In this document: piece after piece, positions 1 to 9,955 of the stretch
How positions within the stretch are numbered: position 1 is the first letter of the stretch
Layout of the letters: each line of letters begins with the position of its first letter
Assembly: GCA_948471035.1 (NCBI GenBank)
Contig: CAOKRC010000003.1
Span: 13,246-77,245, forward strand
Length of the DNA: 64,000 nucleotides
Direction of reading: 5' to 3'
From: an uncultured Clostridium sp.
Lineage (GTDB): Bacteria > Bacillota > Clostridia > TANB77 > CAG-508
The notes under the pieces: generated by a model
Seen by the model: only the letters and a program-made list of their open reading frames with translations
Databases searched by the model: none
Told to the model about the DNA's origin: nothing
Translations under genes and position numbers: made by a program

Positions 1-428
1 TCATCAATAAGTAAAAAATTATTTTCTTTTAAAAATAAACTTATTAAAAGAACTTTTACTTGTTCGCCACCACTTAATAGATTAAAATTTCTATATAGAA
101 TTTCTGCATTTGAATTAAGTAAATTCAATTCTTTAATAATCTCCCAATCTTCTACATTAGGAGCAATTTCATTTACAATTTCTATCGTTAATTTATCTGT
201 GTTTTTTATCTCAAAAGGAAAATAGTCAACATCTACATTTTTGGATATTGTTCCACTATATTCATATTTTCCATATAATAATTTTAAAAACGTAGTTTTT
301 CCTTTACCATTTCTTCCTATCAGACCTAATTTCCAGTCTGTATCGATATTGAATGATACATTTTCAAATATATTATTTAAACAGCCATCATATCTAAAAG
401 TTAAATTATTTACATCTATTAAAGACAT
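1..428 (-). CDS. Lsa-type ABC-F ribosomal protection ATPase, N-terminal part (runs off window start)
   Basis: Manual translation from ATG at 428: MSLIDVNNLTFRYDG...IDTDWKLGLIGRNGKGKTT (Walker A)...LSGGEQVKV...FLLIDE (Walker B); IDTDWKLG is typical of Lsa-family ABC-F. Confidence 0.8.
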   Translation of the reverse strand, partial: MSLIDVNNLTFRYDGCLNNIFENVSFNIDTDWKLGLIGRNGKGKTTFLKLLYGKYEYSGTISKNVDVDYFPFEIKNTDKLTIEIVNEIAPNVEDWEIIKELNLLNSNAEILYRNFNLLSGGEQVKVLLISLFLKENNFLLID

Positions 429-461
429 TAATTTCTCAAATCCTTTACAAATTATAATATA

Positions 462-1070
462 TTATTTACCTAATACTTTCTTATTCCAGCTTTTTTTATT
501 ACATTTTGGACATTTCATATATCTCGTTCTACCTGTGTGTATTGCAAATAAAACAGATTTATAATCTGGAACATATCTATTATAACAATGTTGGCATTCA
601 TAGTAACCTGCATCTCTTTCAATTTTGATTGCAAATCCTACACCTATTATAAAAATCAACAATCCAACTAGTATTAGTATAATTCTTAGGAATGTATTTT
701 CTATTGCAAATGAAGCAACGAATATTAGAATTAAAAATGAAATTGAAGATATAGAACCAATAACTGACTCTAAAAATAACATTTTTTTTGTAATATCTTC
801 TTGTTGTTTTCTTAATTCTAGTAGATTTTCTTCTGCTTTTAAATTATAATTTTCCATTTTTATAACCTCCCCACTTAACAATTCATTTACAGTAATATCA
901 AGTTCATTACATAACTCAAGCATAATTGATGAATCAGGCATTCCTTTTCCAGTTTCCCATTTTGATATTGCTCTATCAGTAATATTTAATTTTTCTGCCA
1001 ACTGTGACTGCGTTAATTTTTTACTTTTTCTACACTGAGCAATAAATTTTCCTATTTTTACTTGATTCAT
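462..1070 (-). CDS. XRE-family HTH regulator with C-terminal TM helices and zinc ribbon
   Basis: LTQSQLAEKLNITDRAISKWETGKGMPD HTH, two hydrophobic segments, CQHC/CPKC; GGAGG RBS. Confidence 0.85.
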   Translation of the reverse strand: MNQVKIGKFIAQCRKSKKLTQSQLAEKLNITDRAISKWETGKGMPDSSIMLELCNELDITVNELLSGEVIKMENYNLKAEENLLELRKQQEDITKKMLFLESVIGSISSISFLILIFVASFAIENTFLRIILILVGLLIFIIGVGFAIKIERDAGYYECQHCYNRYVPDYKSVLFAIHTGRTRYMKCPKCNKKSWNKKVLGK

Positions 1071-1351
1071 AGTTTTACCTCCTTTAATATTATTGTAAAA
1101 AGGTTAAACAAAAAAGTAAACATACTAATCGTTGAGTGAGGATGCAAACGATTAGTTGATGCATATTATTTGCTAAAAATTTGCTATCAAAATTACTAAA
1201 AATATTATATCATAGAAAATATAAAGTAACAAAATTTTTTATATCATGTTCTAAAAGTTTTTTGACGGACACAAAATAATATGATATTTTTATAAAAAAA
1301 CTGTAACGAACTTAATAAAAATTGACACTTAATAATAGAAGGGTAGAAATA

Positions 1352-1836
1352 ATGGAAGATATTGAAGAAATTTACAAAAAACATGCTAAACTAATAAAAA
1401 ATTATATATTTTGTATAACACAAGATATAACATTAGCCGAAGAAATAATGCAGGAAACATTTGTAGTAGCAATAACACGGAATAAATAAATTTAGGGGAG
1501 ACTGCGAAATTTCTGTATGGCTTTGTTCTATTGCAAAAAAAATTCTATACAAAAATATGAAGAAAAACAAATTAAAAGACACAGTAACTATTGAAGAATT
1601 AGAAATCACAGATAACAAAAGTATAGAAGAAGACTATATAAAAAAAGATAATAAAATAAAATTATATGAAGCCCTTCAAAAATTAGATTCAAACACTAGA
1701 GAAGTAATATACTTAAGACTAACAGGAGATTTAACATTTAAAGAAATTGGAAAAATACTACGGGAAAAGCGAAAATTGGGCAAGAGTTACATTCTTTAGA
1801 GGAAAAGAAAAATTAATAAGGGAGGAGAATATATGA
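1352..1836 (+). CDS. ECF RNA polymerase sigma factor, full length only with +1 shifts at CGG 1478 and CGG 1761
   Basis: AEEIMQETFVVAIT[C]G-INKFRGDCEISVWLCSIAKK (region 2)...FKEIGKIL[C]G-KSENWARVTFFRGKEKL (region 4); span 485 nt = 161 codons + 2; stop overlaps the anti-sigma start (ATGA). Confidence 0.88.
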
Positions 1837-2549
1837 AAACAATAAACTGTATAAATTGTGAAGTAATCAAAGATTTGTTACCAAGTTATGCAGATAAAAT
1901 ATCAAGTGAATCTAGTAACAAATTAGTAGAAGAACATTTAAAAAAATGTAAAAACTGTACTAATGTATTAAAAAATATGAATAAAGAAGTAGATAATGAA
2001 ATAATGGAAAATCAAGATGAACAAATAGATTATTTAAAAGGATTTAAAAGAAAGAAAATAGCAACAATAATTTGTGTTATTATAATAACAATACTTATTT
2101 GTGTTAATCTTTTTTTAATAACAAGTAAAATTCTAATGGTTGTAAGATTTATAATAGATTTAGACGAGCTTTATATTGATGGATGGATTGGAGAAGATAG
2201 AAAAGGAGCAAGTTGGGAGGAACAGAATAGTATAACCTTTGATTTGTATTGTGAAAAATATCAAGTATTCTATGATGTAATAAGAGATGAACATAAGGAA
2301 GAAGTACATATAAAAGTATTTGGTAAATATGCATTTCCAGGAGAAATAGGCAATATGATTTGCGTAATAGATAAAGAAGCTACAAATAAAATTTATATAG
2401 AAAATGAAAAAGGTGAAGTAAAGAAAATATGGGATATAAAAGAGGGATTTTTAGTAGAGGATATATCAGACAGAGTTCGTGAAAGTAATAGAAAATGGGA
2501 AGAAGTAAATAACAGTATATTAAAAAGTATATATGAAAAAAATAAATAA
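1833..2549 (+). CDS. zf-HC2 (ZAS) anti-sigma factor with TM helix
   Basis: CEVIKDLLPSY...HLKKCKNC motif, TM segment, translationally coupled to the ECF sigma. Confidence 0.85.
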   Translation: MKTINCINCEVIKDLLPSYADKISSESSNKLVEEHLKKCKNCTNVLKNMNKEVDNEIMENQDEQIDYLKGFKRKKIATIICVIIITILICVNLFLITSKILMVVRFIIDLDELYIDGWIGEDRKGASWEEQNSITFDLYCEKYQVFYDVIRDEHKEEVHIKVFGKYAFPGEIGNMICVIDKEATNKIYIENEKGEVKKIWDIKEGFLVEDISDRVRESNRKWEEVNNSILKSIYEKNK

Positions 2550-2710
2550 AATGGATAAGAAACAAAACTGATGCGAAGATTCGCATCAGTTTTGCAAGAA
2601 AATAGACATGTTAAGGAAATATGAAATAAATCGCATAAAACATATTGGAAAATCAAGTAGTTTAGTATAAAATAACTATATACCAAAAATAAAAAAGGAG
2701 CGGAGATATA

Positions 2711-3436
2711 ATGAGTACAGCCATAGTAACAGGGGGAGCAAAAGGAATAGGAAAAGCCATAGTAAAAGAAATTGCAAAAAAGGGAATAAATGTAGTAGTA
2801 AATTATAACACATCAAAAGAACAAGCAGAAGAATTACAAAAAGAACTAATAGATAATGGATACAAAGTAGAAATATATAAAGCAGATGTATCCAAAAGAA
2901 AAGAGACACAAGAACTCATAAAATACACAGAAAATAAATTTGGAAGTATAGATATATTAGTAAATAATGCAGGAATAGACCAATTTAAACTATTTACAGA
3001 TATTACAGATGAAGACTGGAACAATGTGATACAAACAAATTTAACAAGTACATTTTATATAACACAAGAAGCGGTAAAAAATATGATAAAAAATAAAAAA
3101 GGATGCATTATAAACATATCATCAATATGGGGAATTACAGGAGCATCTTGTGAAGTAGCATACTCTGTTTCAAAAGCGGGAATAGATGGGCTAACAAAAT
3201 CACTTGCAAAAGAACTAGCACCCTCTAATATAAGAGTAAATTCAATTGCACCAGGAGCAATATTAACAGAAATGAATGAAAGATTTACTACCGAAGAAAT
3301 AGAAGAAATAAATAGCCAAATACCAATGGGAAGATTTGGAACACCAGAAGAAATAGCAAAATGTGTAAATTGGCTAATAGAAGATACATATACAACAGGA
3401 CAGATAATATCACCAAATGGAGGCTGGGTTATATAA
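2711..3436 (+). CDS. SDR oxidoreductase, FabG/YmfI-like
   Basis: TGGAKGIG, NNAG and YSVSK motifs; GASCEVAYS resembles the YmfI subfamily. Confidence 0.85.
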   Translation: MSTAIVTGGAKGIGKAIVKEIAKKGINVVVNYNTSKEQAEELQKELIDNGYKVEIYKADVSKRKETQELIKYTENKFGSIDILVNNAGIDQFKLFTDITDEDWNNVIQTNLTSTFYITQEAVKNMIKNKKGCIINISSIWGITGASCEVAYSVSKAGIDGLTKSLAKELAPSNIRVNSIAPGAILTEMNERFTTEEIEEINSQIPMGRFGTPEEIAKCVNWLIEDTYTTGQIISPNGGWVI

Positions 3437-3528
3437 ATATAGTAAAAATTAATATAACTGTCAACAATATAAATTAGGATAAATAAACAAAAAAGACGGA
3501 TTTTTAAATCCATCTTAAATAGAATCAT

Positions 3529-3990
3529 TTAATTTTCACTAACTTTTCTCTTATAATTTCCAGAAATAATCTTTGGAAGATAAGTAATAATTTTATATAC
3601 AGCAATACGAACCTTTTTACTCCATATGTAAGATCTACGTAATCTTCTTGCAGGAAGTAAACTATTATTTTCACTAGAAACTAAAGCCATTATATTTTTC
3701 TCAATAGGAAAAATATAATTCTTTCCATTATTATTATCCCAATTATTATTCCCATCTCTAAAACAGAAATTAAAAGAATCAAAAGAAACAAGTTCAACTT
3801 CAGCTTGAAAACCAAGTTCAGTCTTTTCCATTTCTATTTCATTCAAGTCTCCCCAATTATTACCAAAACCATAGTGAATAAATACATTTTCAGCATTTTC
3901 ACTAAATAGTTTTCCAGTATAAGAAATCTTAACAATAGTATTTTCAATTAATTTATCTGTATTAAAAAATATATTCTTAGTTAGTTCCAT
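3529..3990 (-). CDS. Starch/carbohydrate-binding module protein (CBM25/53-like)
   Basis: VFIHYGFGNNW...FNFCFRDGNNNWDNNNGKNY; RBS GAGGAGAGG before ATG 3990. Confidence 0.7.
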   Translation of the reverse strand: MELTKNIFFNTDKLIENTIVKISYTGKLFSENAENVFIHYGFGNNWGDLNEIEMEKTELGFQAEVELVSFDSFNFCFRDGNNNWDNNNGKNYIFPIEKNIMALVSSENNSLLPARRLRRSYIWSKKVRIAVYKIITYLPKIISGNYKRKVSEN

Positions 3991-4079
3991 AACTTTTCGA
4001 ACCTCTCCTCGTTTATCTTTTGTAGCCATATTATATTATTAAATAACTAAATATTCAAGTATTTTTAACAATAAAATTC

Positions 4080-4649
4080 TTATTTTGATAAAATTTTTCC
4101 TATAATATAAAAATCATCATCTTTTTTTATCGAAATATCAGCAACACTTTTGTTATCAGCTTTTAATGTAATCTTATCTTGTTTTGCGAAGAATTTTCTA
4201 ATTACAACATCTCCATTTAAACTAAAAACGCCATAATCCTTACTATTTAATGGAGTATTAAACTCAACAAAAACATAAGAATCCTTAGCAAAAGTAGGAG
4301 CCATTGAATCATCATTCATCTTAAGAGCAATAGCAGAGCTTGGAACATTAGATGGACAATCAATAAATCCACTAACAGAGTCTACTGCTAATAGTTTGTT
4401 ATAAGAAATATGGCTTACAACATTATAACTTTCTTGGTCTTCATTAATAGTCTTATCATAAGTATACATTAATTGTTGATAAGGAATATCTAAAGCCTTA
4501 CAAATATTTTTTAAAGCCTTATGGCTAGGGTTTCTTTCCCCCTTTTCAATATGAGTTAAATGACCAATATTAATATCAGTTAATCTTGAAAGTTCAGTTT
4601 TAGTCATTCTTTTTTCTTTTCTTGCTTTTGCAATCATATCACCAATCAT
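4080..4649 (-). CDS. XRE HTH + S24-like domain repressor (LexA/CI-like)
   Basis: N-terminal HTH (HLTHIEKGERNPS), C-terminal DDSMAP; divergent from a Cro-like gene. Confidence 0.8.
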   Translation of the reverse strand: MIGDMIAKARKEKRMTKTELSRLTDINIGHLTHIEKGERNPSHKALKNICKALDIPYQQLMYTYDKTINEDQESYNVVSHISYNKLLAVDSVSGFIDCPSNVPSSAIALKMNDDSMAPTFAKDSYVFVEFNTPLNSKDYGVFSLNGDVVIRKFFAKQDKITLKADNKSVADISIKKDDDFYIIGKILSK

Positions 4650-4762
4650 AAAATTCTACCTCTTTTTCCATATTTTTTCATTATTATATAAGAAAAAACA
4701 CGATTTGTCTAGCAGTAAATGAAAAAAATATAAATATTTTATAAAAAAATATCATAAAAAAC

Positions 4763-4791
4763 TTGACTTGTCAAATTAGTACATATATAAT
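4763..4791 (+). promoter_or_regulatory. SigA-type promoter overlapping a TTGAC-TT-GTCAA palindrome (possible operator)
   Basis: TTGACT 4763-4768, 17-bp spacer, TATAAT 4786-4791. Confidence 0.6.
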
Positions 4792-4823
4792 GTTGACAAA
4801 ATGTAAATGAAAGGAGAAATAAT

Positions 4824-5024
4824 ATGTATAAAAATAGTATTAAAAAGTATAGAAAAGAACAAGGATTAAAGTTAGAAGAAATGTCAAAAAAAATAGGGAT
4901 ATCAACAGGGTATCTTTGTCATCTGGAAAAAGGAACAAGAAAAAATCCATCAACAGATGTAATGGAAAAAATTTCAAAAGCATTGGGAAAAAGTATTCCA
5001 GAAATATTTTTTAAAGGAGAGTGA
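4824..5024 (+). CDS. Small XRE/Cro-like HTH regulator
   Basis: GISTGYLCHLEKGTRKNPS HTH; AAGGAG RBS. Confidence 0.85.
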   Translation: MYKNSIKKYRKEQGLKLEEMSKKIGISTGYLCHLEKGTRKNPSTDVMEKISKALGKSIPEIFFKGE

Positions 5025-5139
5025 AGAATAATAAATAAAAAGAATTAATAATTTGTGAATATGCATAGAATTAATATTGTAAAGCAAAAAAATATATGAT
5101 AATATAAAAAAGATAAAAACAAGGAGGGAATATAGAAAT

Positions 5140-6729
5140 ATGAGGAAAAACATTAGAAAAAGAACAAAAAGAAATAAAACCATAAATATAGATGTAAAAA
5201 AAGTAATAATACCAATCATTATAATATTCTCTCTATTAATATTTTCAACTATATTTGCCTTAACAAATGCATTAGGAGAAAAAATAATTAGTAGGGTAAA
5301 AATAAACAATGTAGATGTATCAAATTTAACAATAAATGAAGCATATCAAAAACTAAAAGAACAATTTGAAAGACAAATAAATAAAAACATAACAGTAAAA
5401 CAAGGAGAATATGAAACAACAATTAGTTTAGAGCAAATAGACACAAAATATGACATAATAGAAGCAATAAATGAAGCATATAAAATAGGTAGAAATAAAA
5501 ACATAATAATAAGTAACTATTCAATACTAAAAACAAAACTATTTTCTACAAAAATAGAAAAACCAATAAATATGAATGAAGAAGAGCTAAACAAAGTAAT
5601 AGATGATATATCAGCAAAAATACCAGGTGTTGTAGTAGAAAGTTCATATTATATTGAAGGAGAGAACCTAATAATTTCTAATGGAAAAACAGGAATCTAT
5701 GTAAACAAAGAAGAATTTAAAAATAGAATAATAAAAGCAATAGAAAAACAAATAAAAGGAATAGATATAGGAAGTATAGAAATACCAGTAGAAGAAAAAG
5801 AACCTGAAAAAATAGATATAGAAAAAATAAGAGAAGATATATATAAAGAACCTAAAGACGCATATTATGAAGAAAATCCAGTAGTACTACATAAAGAAAT
5901 AGAGGGAATAGATATAAAAATATCTATAGAAGAAGCGAAAGCTATATTAGAAGAACAAAAAGAAGAATATGTAATTCCATTAACCATTACAAAACCAGAA
6001 ATAACAGTAAAAGATTTAAGCAATCAAAACTTCTTTCCAGAACAACTATCAAAATATGTAACAAGATATGACGAAAGCAACATTAATAGAAGTACAAATA
6101 TTAAATTAGCATCAGAAAAAATAAATGGAACAATATTAATGCCAGGAGAAACATTTTCATACAACAAAATAGTTGGAGAAAGAACAATAAAAGCAGGGTA
6201 CAAAGAAGCGGCTGTATATATGGGAGGAAAAGTAGTAGATGGAATTGGCGGAGGAATATGTCAAGTATCATCAACATTATATAATGCAGTATTAGAAGCA
6301 AACCTTGAAATAACTGAAAGAAGAAATCATTACTTTATCACAGGATATGTATCAGCAAGTAGAGATGCTACAGTATCATATGGCTCAATAGATTTTAAAT
6401 TTAAAAACACAAGAACATATCCAATAAAAATAGAATGTATCTCACAAAATGGAATATGCATGATATCAATATATGGAATAAAAGAAGATACAGAATATGA
6501 AGTAATAATAGAAGATAAAATAACAGAAGTAATACCATACATTACTAAATATATAAAAACTACTAAATTAGAAAAAAGTGTAGAAAACGAAATACAAAAA
6601 GGAGTAAATGGATATAAAAGTGAAGCATATAGAATATTAAGGCTAAATGGAAAAGTAATATCAAAAACATTATTATCAAAGGATTCATATAATCCGCTAG
6701 AAAGAATAGTAGAACAAGGAACTAAATAA
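5140..6729 (+). CDS. VanW/YoaR-like membrane protein (PG-binding, VanW, G5 domains)
   Basis: N-terminal TM; RSTNIKLA...PGETFSYN...GGGICQVSSTLYNA VanW motif; C-terminal G5-like segment. Confidence 0.88.
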   Translation: MRKNIRKRTKRNKTINIDVKKVIIPIIIIFSLLIFSTIFALTNALGEKIISRVKINNVDVSNLTINEAYQKLKEQFERQINKNITVKQGEYETTISLEQIDTKYDIIEAINEAYKIGRNKNIIISNYSILKTKLFSTKIEKPINMNEEELNKVIDDISAKIPGVVVESSYYIEGENLIISNGKTGIYVNKEEFKNRIIKAIEKQIKGIDIGSIEIPVEEKEPEKIDIEKIREDIYKEPKDAYYEENPVVLHKEIEGIDIKISIEEAKAILEEQKEEYVIPLTITKPEITVKDLSNQNFFPEQLSKYVTRYDESNINRSTNIKLASEKINGTILMPGETFSYNKIVGERTIKAGYKEAAVYMGGKVVDGIGGGICQVSSTLYNAVLEANLEITERRNHYFITGYVSASRDATVSYGSIDFKFKNTRTYPIKIECISQNGICMISIYGIKEDTEYEVIIEDKITEVIPYITKYIKTTKLEKSVENEIQKGVNGYKSEAYRILRLNGKVISKTLLSKDSYNPLERIVEQGTK

Positions 6730-6872
6730 AATGCTTTATGAAAACACGGGGGTACAAAAACTGTTATAATATTATAATTTATTTTTTAGCTCCACTAGGC
6801 AACAGCTACCTTAAGTAAAGGGGGCTACTGTTTTAGTAAATTGCTAGACTAGAATAGTTATTTTTGAGAAAT

Positions 6873-6910
6873 AGACAAAAGACTCCTTTATTTAAAGGAG
6901 TCTTTTGTCT
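6873..6910. terminator. Perfect 18-bp inverted repeat, likely bidirectional terminator
   Basis: AGACAAAAGACTCCTTTA-tt-TAAAGGAGTCTTTTGTCT. Confidence 0.6.
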
Positions 6911-7052
6911 GTAAGGCTTATGGGGGCTTATAGCATTAATTTGTATAGAGATGTTAATTATAGACTGAACATTAACAAAAAATTCTTATAAAAAACATTA
7001 AACTATTGACAAACATATTATAATCGCATTATAATAATAAATATTAATAAAT

Positions 7053-7090
7053 GCGCTATTAGCTCAGTTGGTAGAGCAACAGACTCTTAA
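7053..7090 (+). pseudogene. 5' half of host tRNA-Lys(CTT), interrupted by the element (attL)
   Basis: GCGCTATTAGCTCAGTTGGTAGAGCAACAGACTCTTAA followed by non-tRNA sequence; promoter TTGACA 7006 / TATAAT 7030 upstream. Confidence 0.9.
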
Positions 7091-7178
7091 ACAACGGTTG
7101 TACCAACTTAACTAAATCTTGAAAGCCTTTAGTATGTAAGACTTAGATAAAATATATAAAATATGTAAAAAATCAGTT

Positions 7179-7200
7179 TTGCCCAATGTTGCCCAACTTT
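7179..7200. repeat. Probable integrase arm-type sites (TTGCCCAA)
   Basis: TTGCCCAA twice at 7179-7196, inverted TTGGGCAA near 7352, and TTACCCAACTTTT / TTGCCCAACTTTT at 28765-28798 near the other end. Confidence 0.6.
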
Positions 7201-7236
7201 TTAGGGTAAATGGGGCAGAATAATTAAATATAATAT

Positions 7237-7312
7237 GGGTGACTAGCTCAGTTGGTAGAGCAGCTGACTCTTAATCAGAAGGTCGAGGGTTCGACCCCCT
7301 CGTTGCCCACCA
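7237..7312 (+). tRNA. tRNA-Lys (anticodon CTT), element-encoded, complete with CCA
   Basis: 76 nt; acceptor GGGTGAC/GTTGCCC, D arm GCTC/GAGC, anticodon arm CTGA-CTCTTAA-TCAG, T arm GAGGG-TTCGACC-CCCTC, ACCA end. Confidence 0.95.
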
Positions 7313-7409
7313 TTTCAACGATTTTCCCATCTCTAGCTTCAAAAATAAAGTTGGGCAAATCATTGACAGGAAAAAAGCTTATATAATTGTAGTTATATAA
7401 GCTCTTTTT

Positions 7410-8945
7410 TTAACTTGCTCTTGCATAAAATACATCGTTAAATACTTCTTGCATTTCTCTTTGTTTTACTTTTTTAGATATATTAATATAATATTTGTGT
7501 GTAGTATTGAAATCTGAGTGAGCCATAATCTTCATCAAAACTAACTCTGGCATTCCGTTTGTAATAACAGAAAGTAGCGAAACTATGTCTAAATACATAA
7601 GGTGTTACTCTATCAAGTTTATATTTAGCACATAGTTCAGGAAGTGCTGATGATAAAGTATCTGATACATAAGGCTGGTATGTACGTCCGTAAGAAACAG
7701 TAATCTTCGTTGCAAAGATTTCTACCTTCTTTTTTAAACTTTCTGTAGTTTTTAAATCTTTGCTTTTGACTTTCTTTATATTGTAATAATATATCTTTTA
7801 ATAAAGGACACATTGGTATAGTTCTATATGATTCAGGTGTTTTCAAATCTGCATCAGACCTATAATGACCTATAACTTTACCTTTCTCATCATATATATT
7901 AAATGATTTATAGGCATTATTTATAATTATTTCATTATGTTTGAAATCAACACAGCTCCATTTTAAACCAGAAGCACATTCAGGACGCATCCCTGTAAGT
8001 AACATAGTTATAAAGAGAATTGACATTGGTGTATTTTCTTTTTCAAATGCTTTTATATATAAATGTTGATTTTCAGGCTCAATACAGCTAATTTCTTTTT
8101 CTTCTCTTTTTACTGGTTTCACTGGTTTAGGAACATCGTCCATAGGGTTTTCTGATTTTTTTATTAACTTATTTTTAATAGCAAATTGCATAAGTAAGCT
8201 ACATACTATTCTAATATTTCTTTTATTATCATAAGAATCTGTTGTTTTTAATAAAGCATTTATTACATTAGCTGTTAATTGTTTAAAATACATAATCTTA
8301 TTATTTTTGCAATAATCTAATATATATGTATTTAATATTCTATGATAGCCATCCACTGTGAGTTGTGAGAGCTTACGATGTTCTGTACTTTCTTCACATA
8401 GTGATAATTCATAGTTAAACCATTCCAAACAAAAATCCTCTAGCAAATAATAATCTTCCTTAACTTCTGCAACTGGTGGAGCAATACTTGTATCAACATT
8501 AGCTGTATTTATTATGGGTATCGCATTCGTTTGTAAATAGGGCATATTTGCATTTTTATTAAAGTAGGGAATAACATTACTACCTAAAGTAACTACATCT
8601 GTTAATTTTGAATTTATAGTGTTTATTTTATTTATAATACTATAAGTTTTTTCTGCTATTTCAGGTGTATTTATACCTAAATTATTTATACTATTTTGAA
8701 GCTGATATATCATTTTTTCATCTATTTTATATGTAATAAGTCCTGCTTCTGATAAAGAAATAATATAACTTTCTAAAGCTACTAATAAATTTAGCAAGGC
8801 TATAGAATGAGTTTTACCGTCCTTTATTTAATCTTGTACTTTTTGCACCTCCTAACTTTACTGTCATTCTTGCTTGATAATATTGTTCATTTATTTGTCT
8901 AATTGCTATCTCGTGGTTACGAGTTCGCTCTTGTATCTTTTCCAT
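7410..8945 (-). CDS. Tyrosine recombinase (integrase), ~510 aa with three +1 shifts at CGG (8819, 7690, 7557)
   Basis: LTGMRPEC, DLKTPES, FL[C]G-RTYQ...VTPYVFRHSFATFCYYK[C]G-MPELVLMKIMAHSDFNTTHKYY; the C-terminal catalytic motifs appear only after frame restoration. Confidence 0.9.
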
Positions 8946-9050
8946 AAATCTATTTCCTCCTTATTTTTAATAGGCTGGGAATAAATCTATTAGAAATAAA
9001 TTCATTCCCCAGTTTATCATTACTGTATTTTCTTAATCAACTCCCTGACT

Positions 9051-9252
9051 TTAATTTTTATAAGTTCCATAGCACTTACTTATAAAATCATCTAATCTTG
9101 TACTATCCACTAAAATTTTATGTGGTAGTCTGATTACTGGAGCTGATTTACTGCGAAGGAGTTTGTAGAAATTGTTTCTACCGAATATTTCCTACTCTTT
9201 TACGAGCTTCCTCAACTGAAATTAAAATTGGTTTTTGTTCTTCTTCCTTCAT
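9051..9252 (-). CDS. Excisionase-like winged-HTH protein with +1 shift at CGG 9183
   Basis: MKEEEQKPILISVEEARKRVGNI[C]G-RNNFYKLLRSKSAPVIRLPHKILVDSTRLDDFI; 202 nt = 67 codons + 1; directly upstream of the integrase; absent from the ORF track. Confidence 0.8.
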
Positions 9253-9352
9253 CTTTTCCTTCTTTCCGAAAACGGATATAAGGGGACAAGGAGTATTCTT
9301 ATATTGTAGGTCTTATTTTGTTTTCTATTTAATTATATTTTTAAATATTTTC

Positions 9353-9871
9353 TTATTTTTGCTGAAGCATTTGGAGTTGTAACCTTAACATAGCATTTTC
9401 TTCTTCCAATTCAGCTATTCTTTTGTCGTTCTTTGATATTCTAGTTGTTTTCTTAGTAGATTTTCTCTTTGGCTCTATTATCGCTTCCTTTTTTGGTACA
9501 TCACATTTTATTAAACAATTTTGATTACTCTTTTCTAATAAATCTATTTCATCAGAAAGGTCTAATATTATCCATTTGTCTGTATCACGATAATCTACAT
9601 TTTTTGGAATATAAAAATACATATTAACTATATCTCCATCAACTAACATATTAGCTTTCTCTAAGAGTTCTTTATTTGTTGTATCCATCTTTATTTTAAC
9701 ATTTTCTGCTGTAAAATGATGTTTCCTCTTTCTTATAACTGTTTGACCTTCTTCTTCAATTAATGTTGGAAGCATTTTAGGTTTCTCCCACTCGAAGTCG
9801 CAAATTAGATTTGCTCCTTCTAAACTTTTAAAAGTAATTTCTTTTTTATCTAGTATTTTTGTAAATGTCAT
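9353..9871 (-). CDS. Hypothetical protein with C-terminal coiled coil
   Basis: 172-aa ORF, AGGAGG RBS. Confidence 0.6.
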   Translation of the reverse strand: MTFTKILDKKEITFKSLEGANLICDFEWEKPKMLPTLIEEEGQTVIRKRKHHFTAENVKIKMDTTNKELLEKANMLVDGDIVNMYFYIPKNVDYRDTDKWIILDLSDEIDLLEKSNQNCLIKCDVPKKEAIIEPKRKSTKKTTRISKNDKRIAELEEENAMLRLQLQMLQQK

Positions 9872-9955
9872 TTTAAAATCCTCCTATTTTTATAAATTTA
9901 TTGTTATTGTAGTTATTATCGTTATAAAACGATATAACGATAATAACTATATTTT

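Noticed and set aside
4080-5024. Divergent CI/Cro-like pair as the start of a prophage
   Set aside because: It lies outside the att sites, is flanked by chromosomal-type genes and has no phage genes nearby.
6740-6870. Possible ncRNA or riboswitch between vanW and the tRNA
   Set aside because: Some GC-richer patches, but no recognisable consensus; needs an Rfam search.
7053-7090. tRNA intron or trans-spliced split tRNA
   Set aside because: The intervening 21.9 kb has an integrase and att direct repeats, with no group I intron features; integration explains it.
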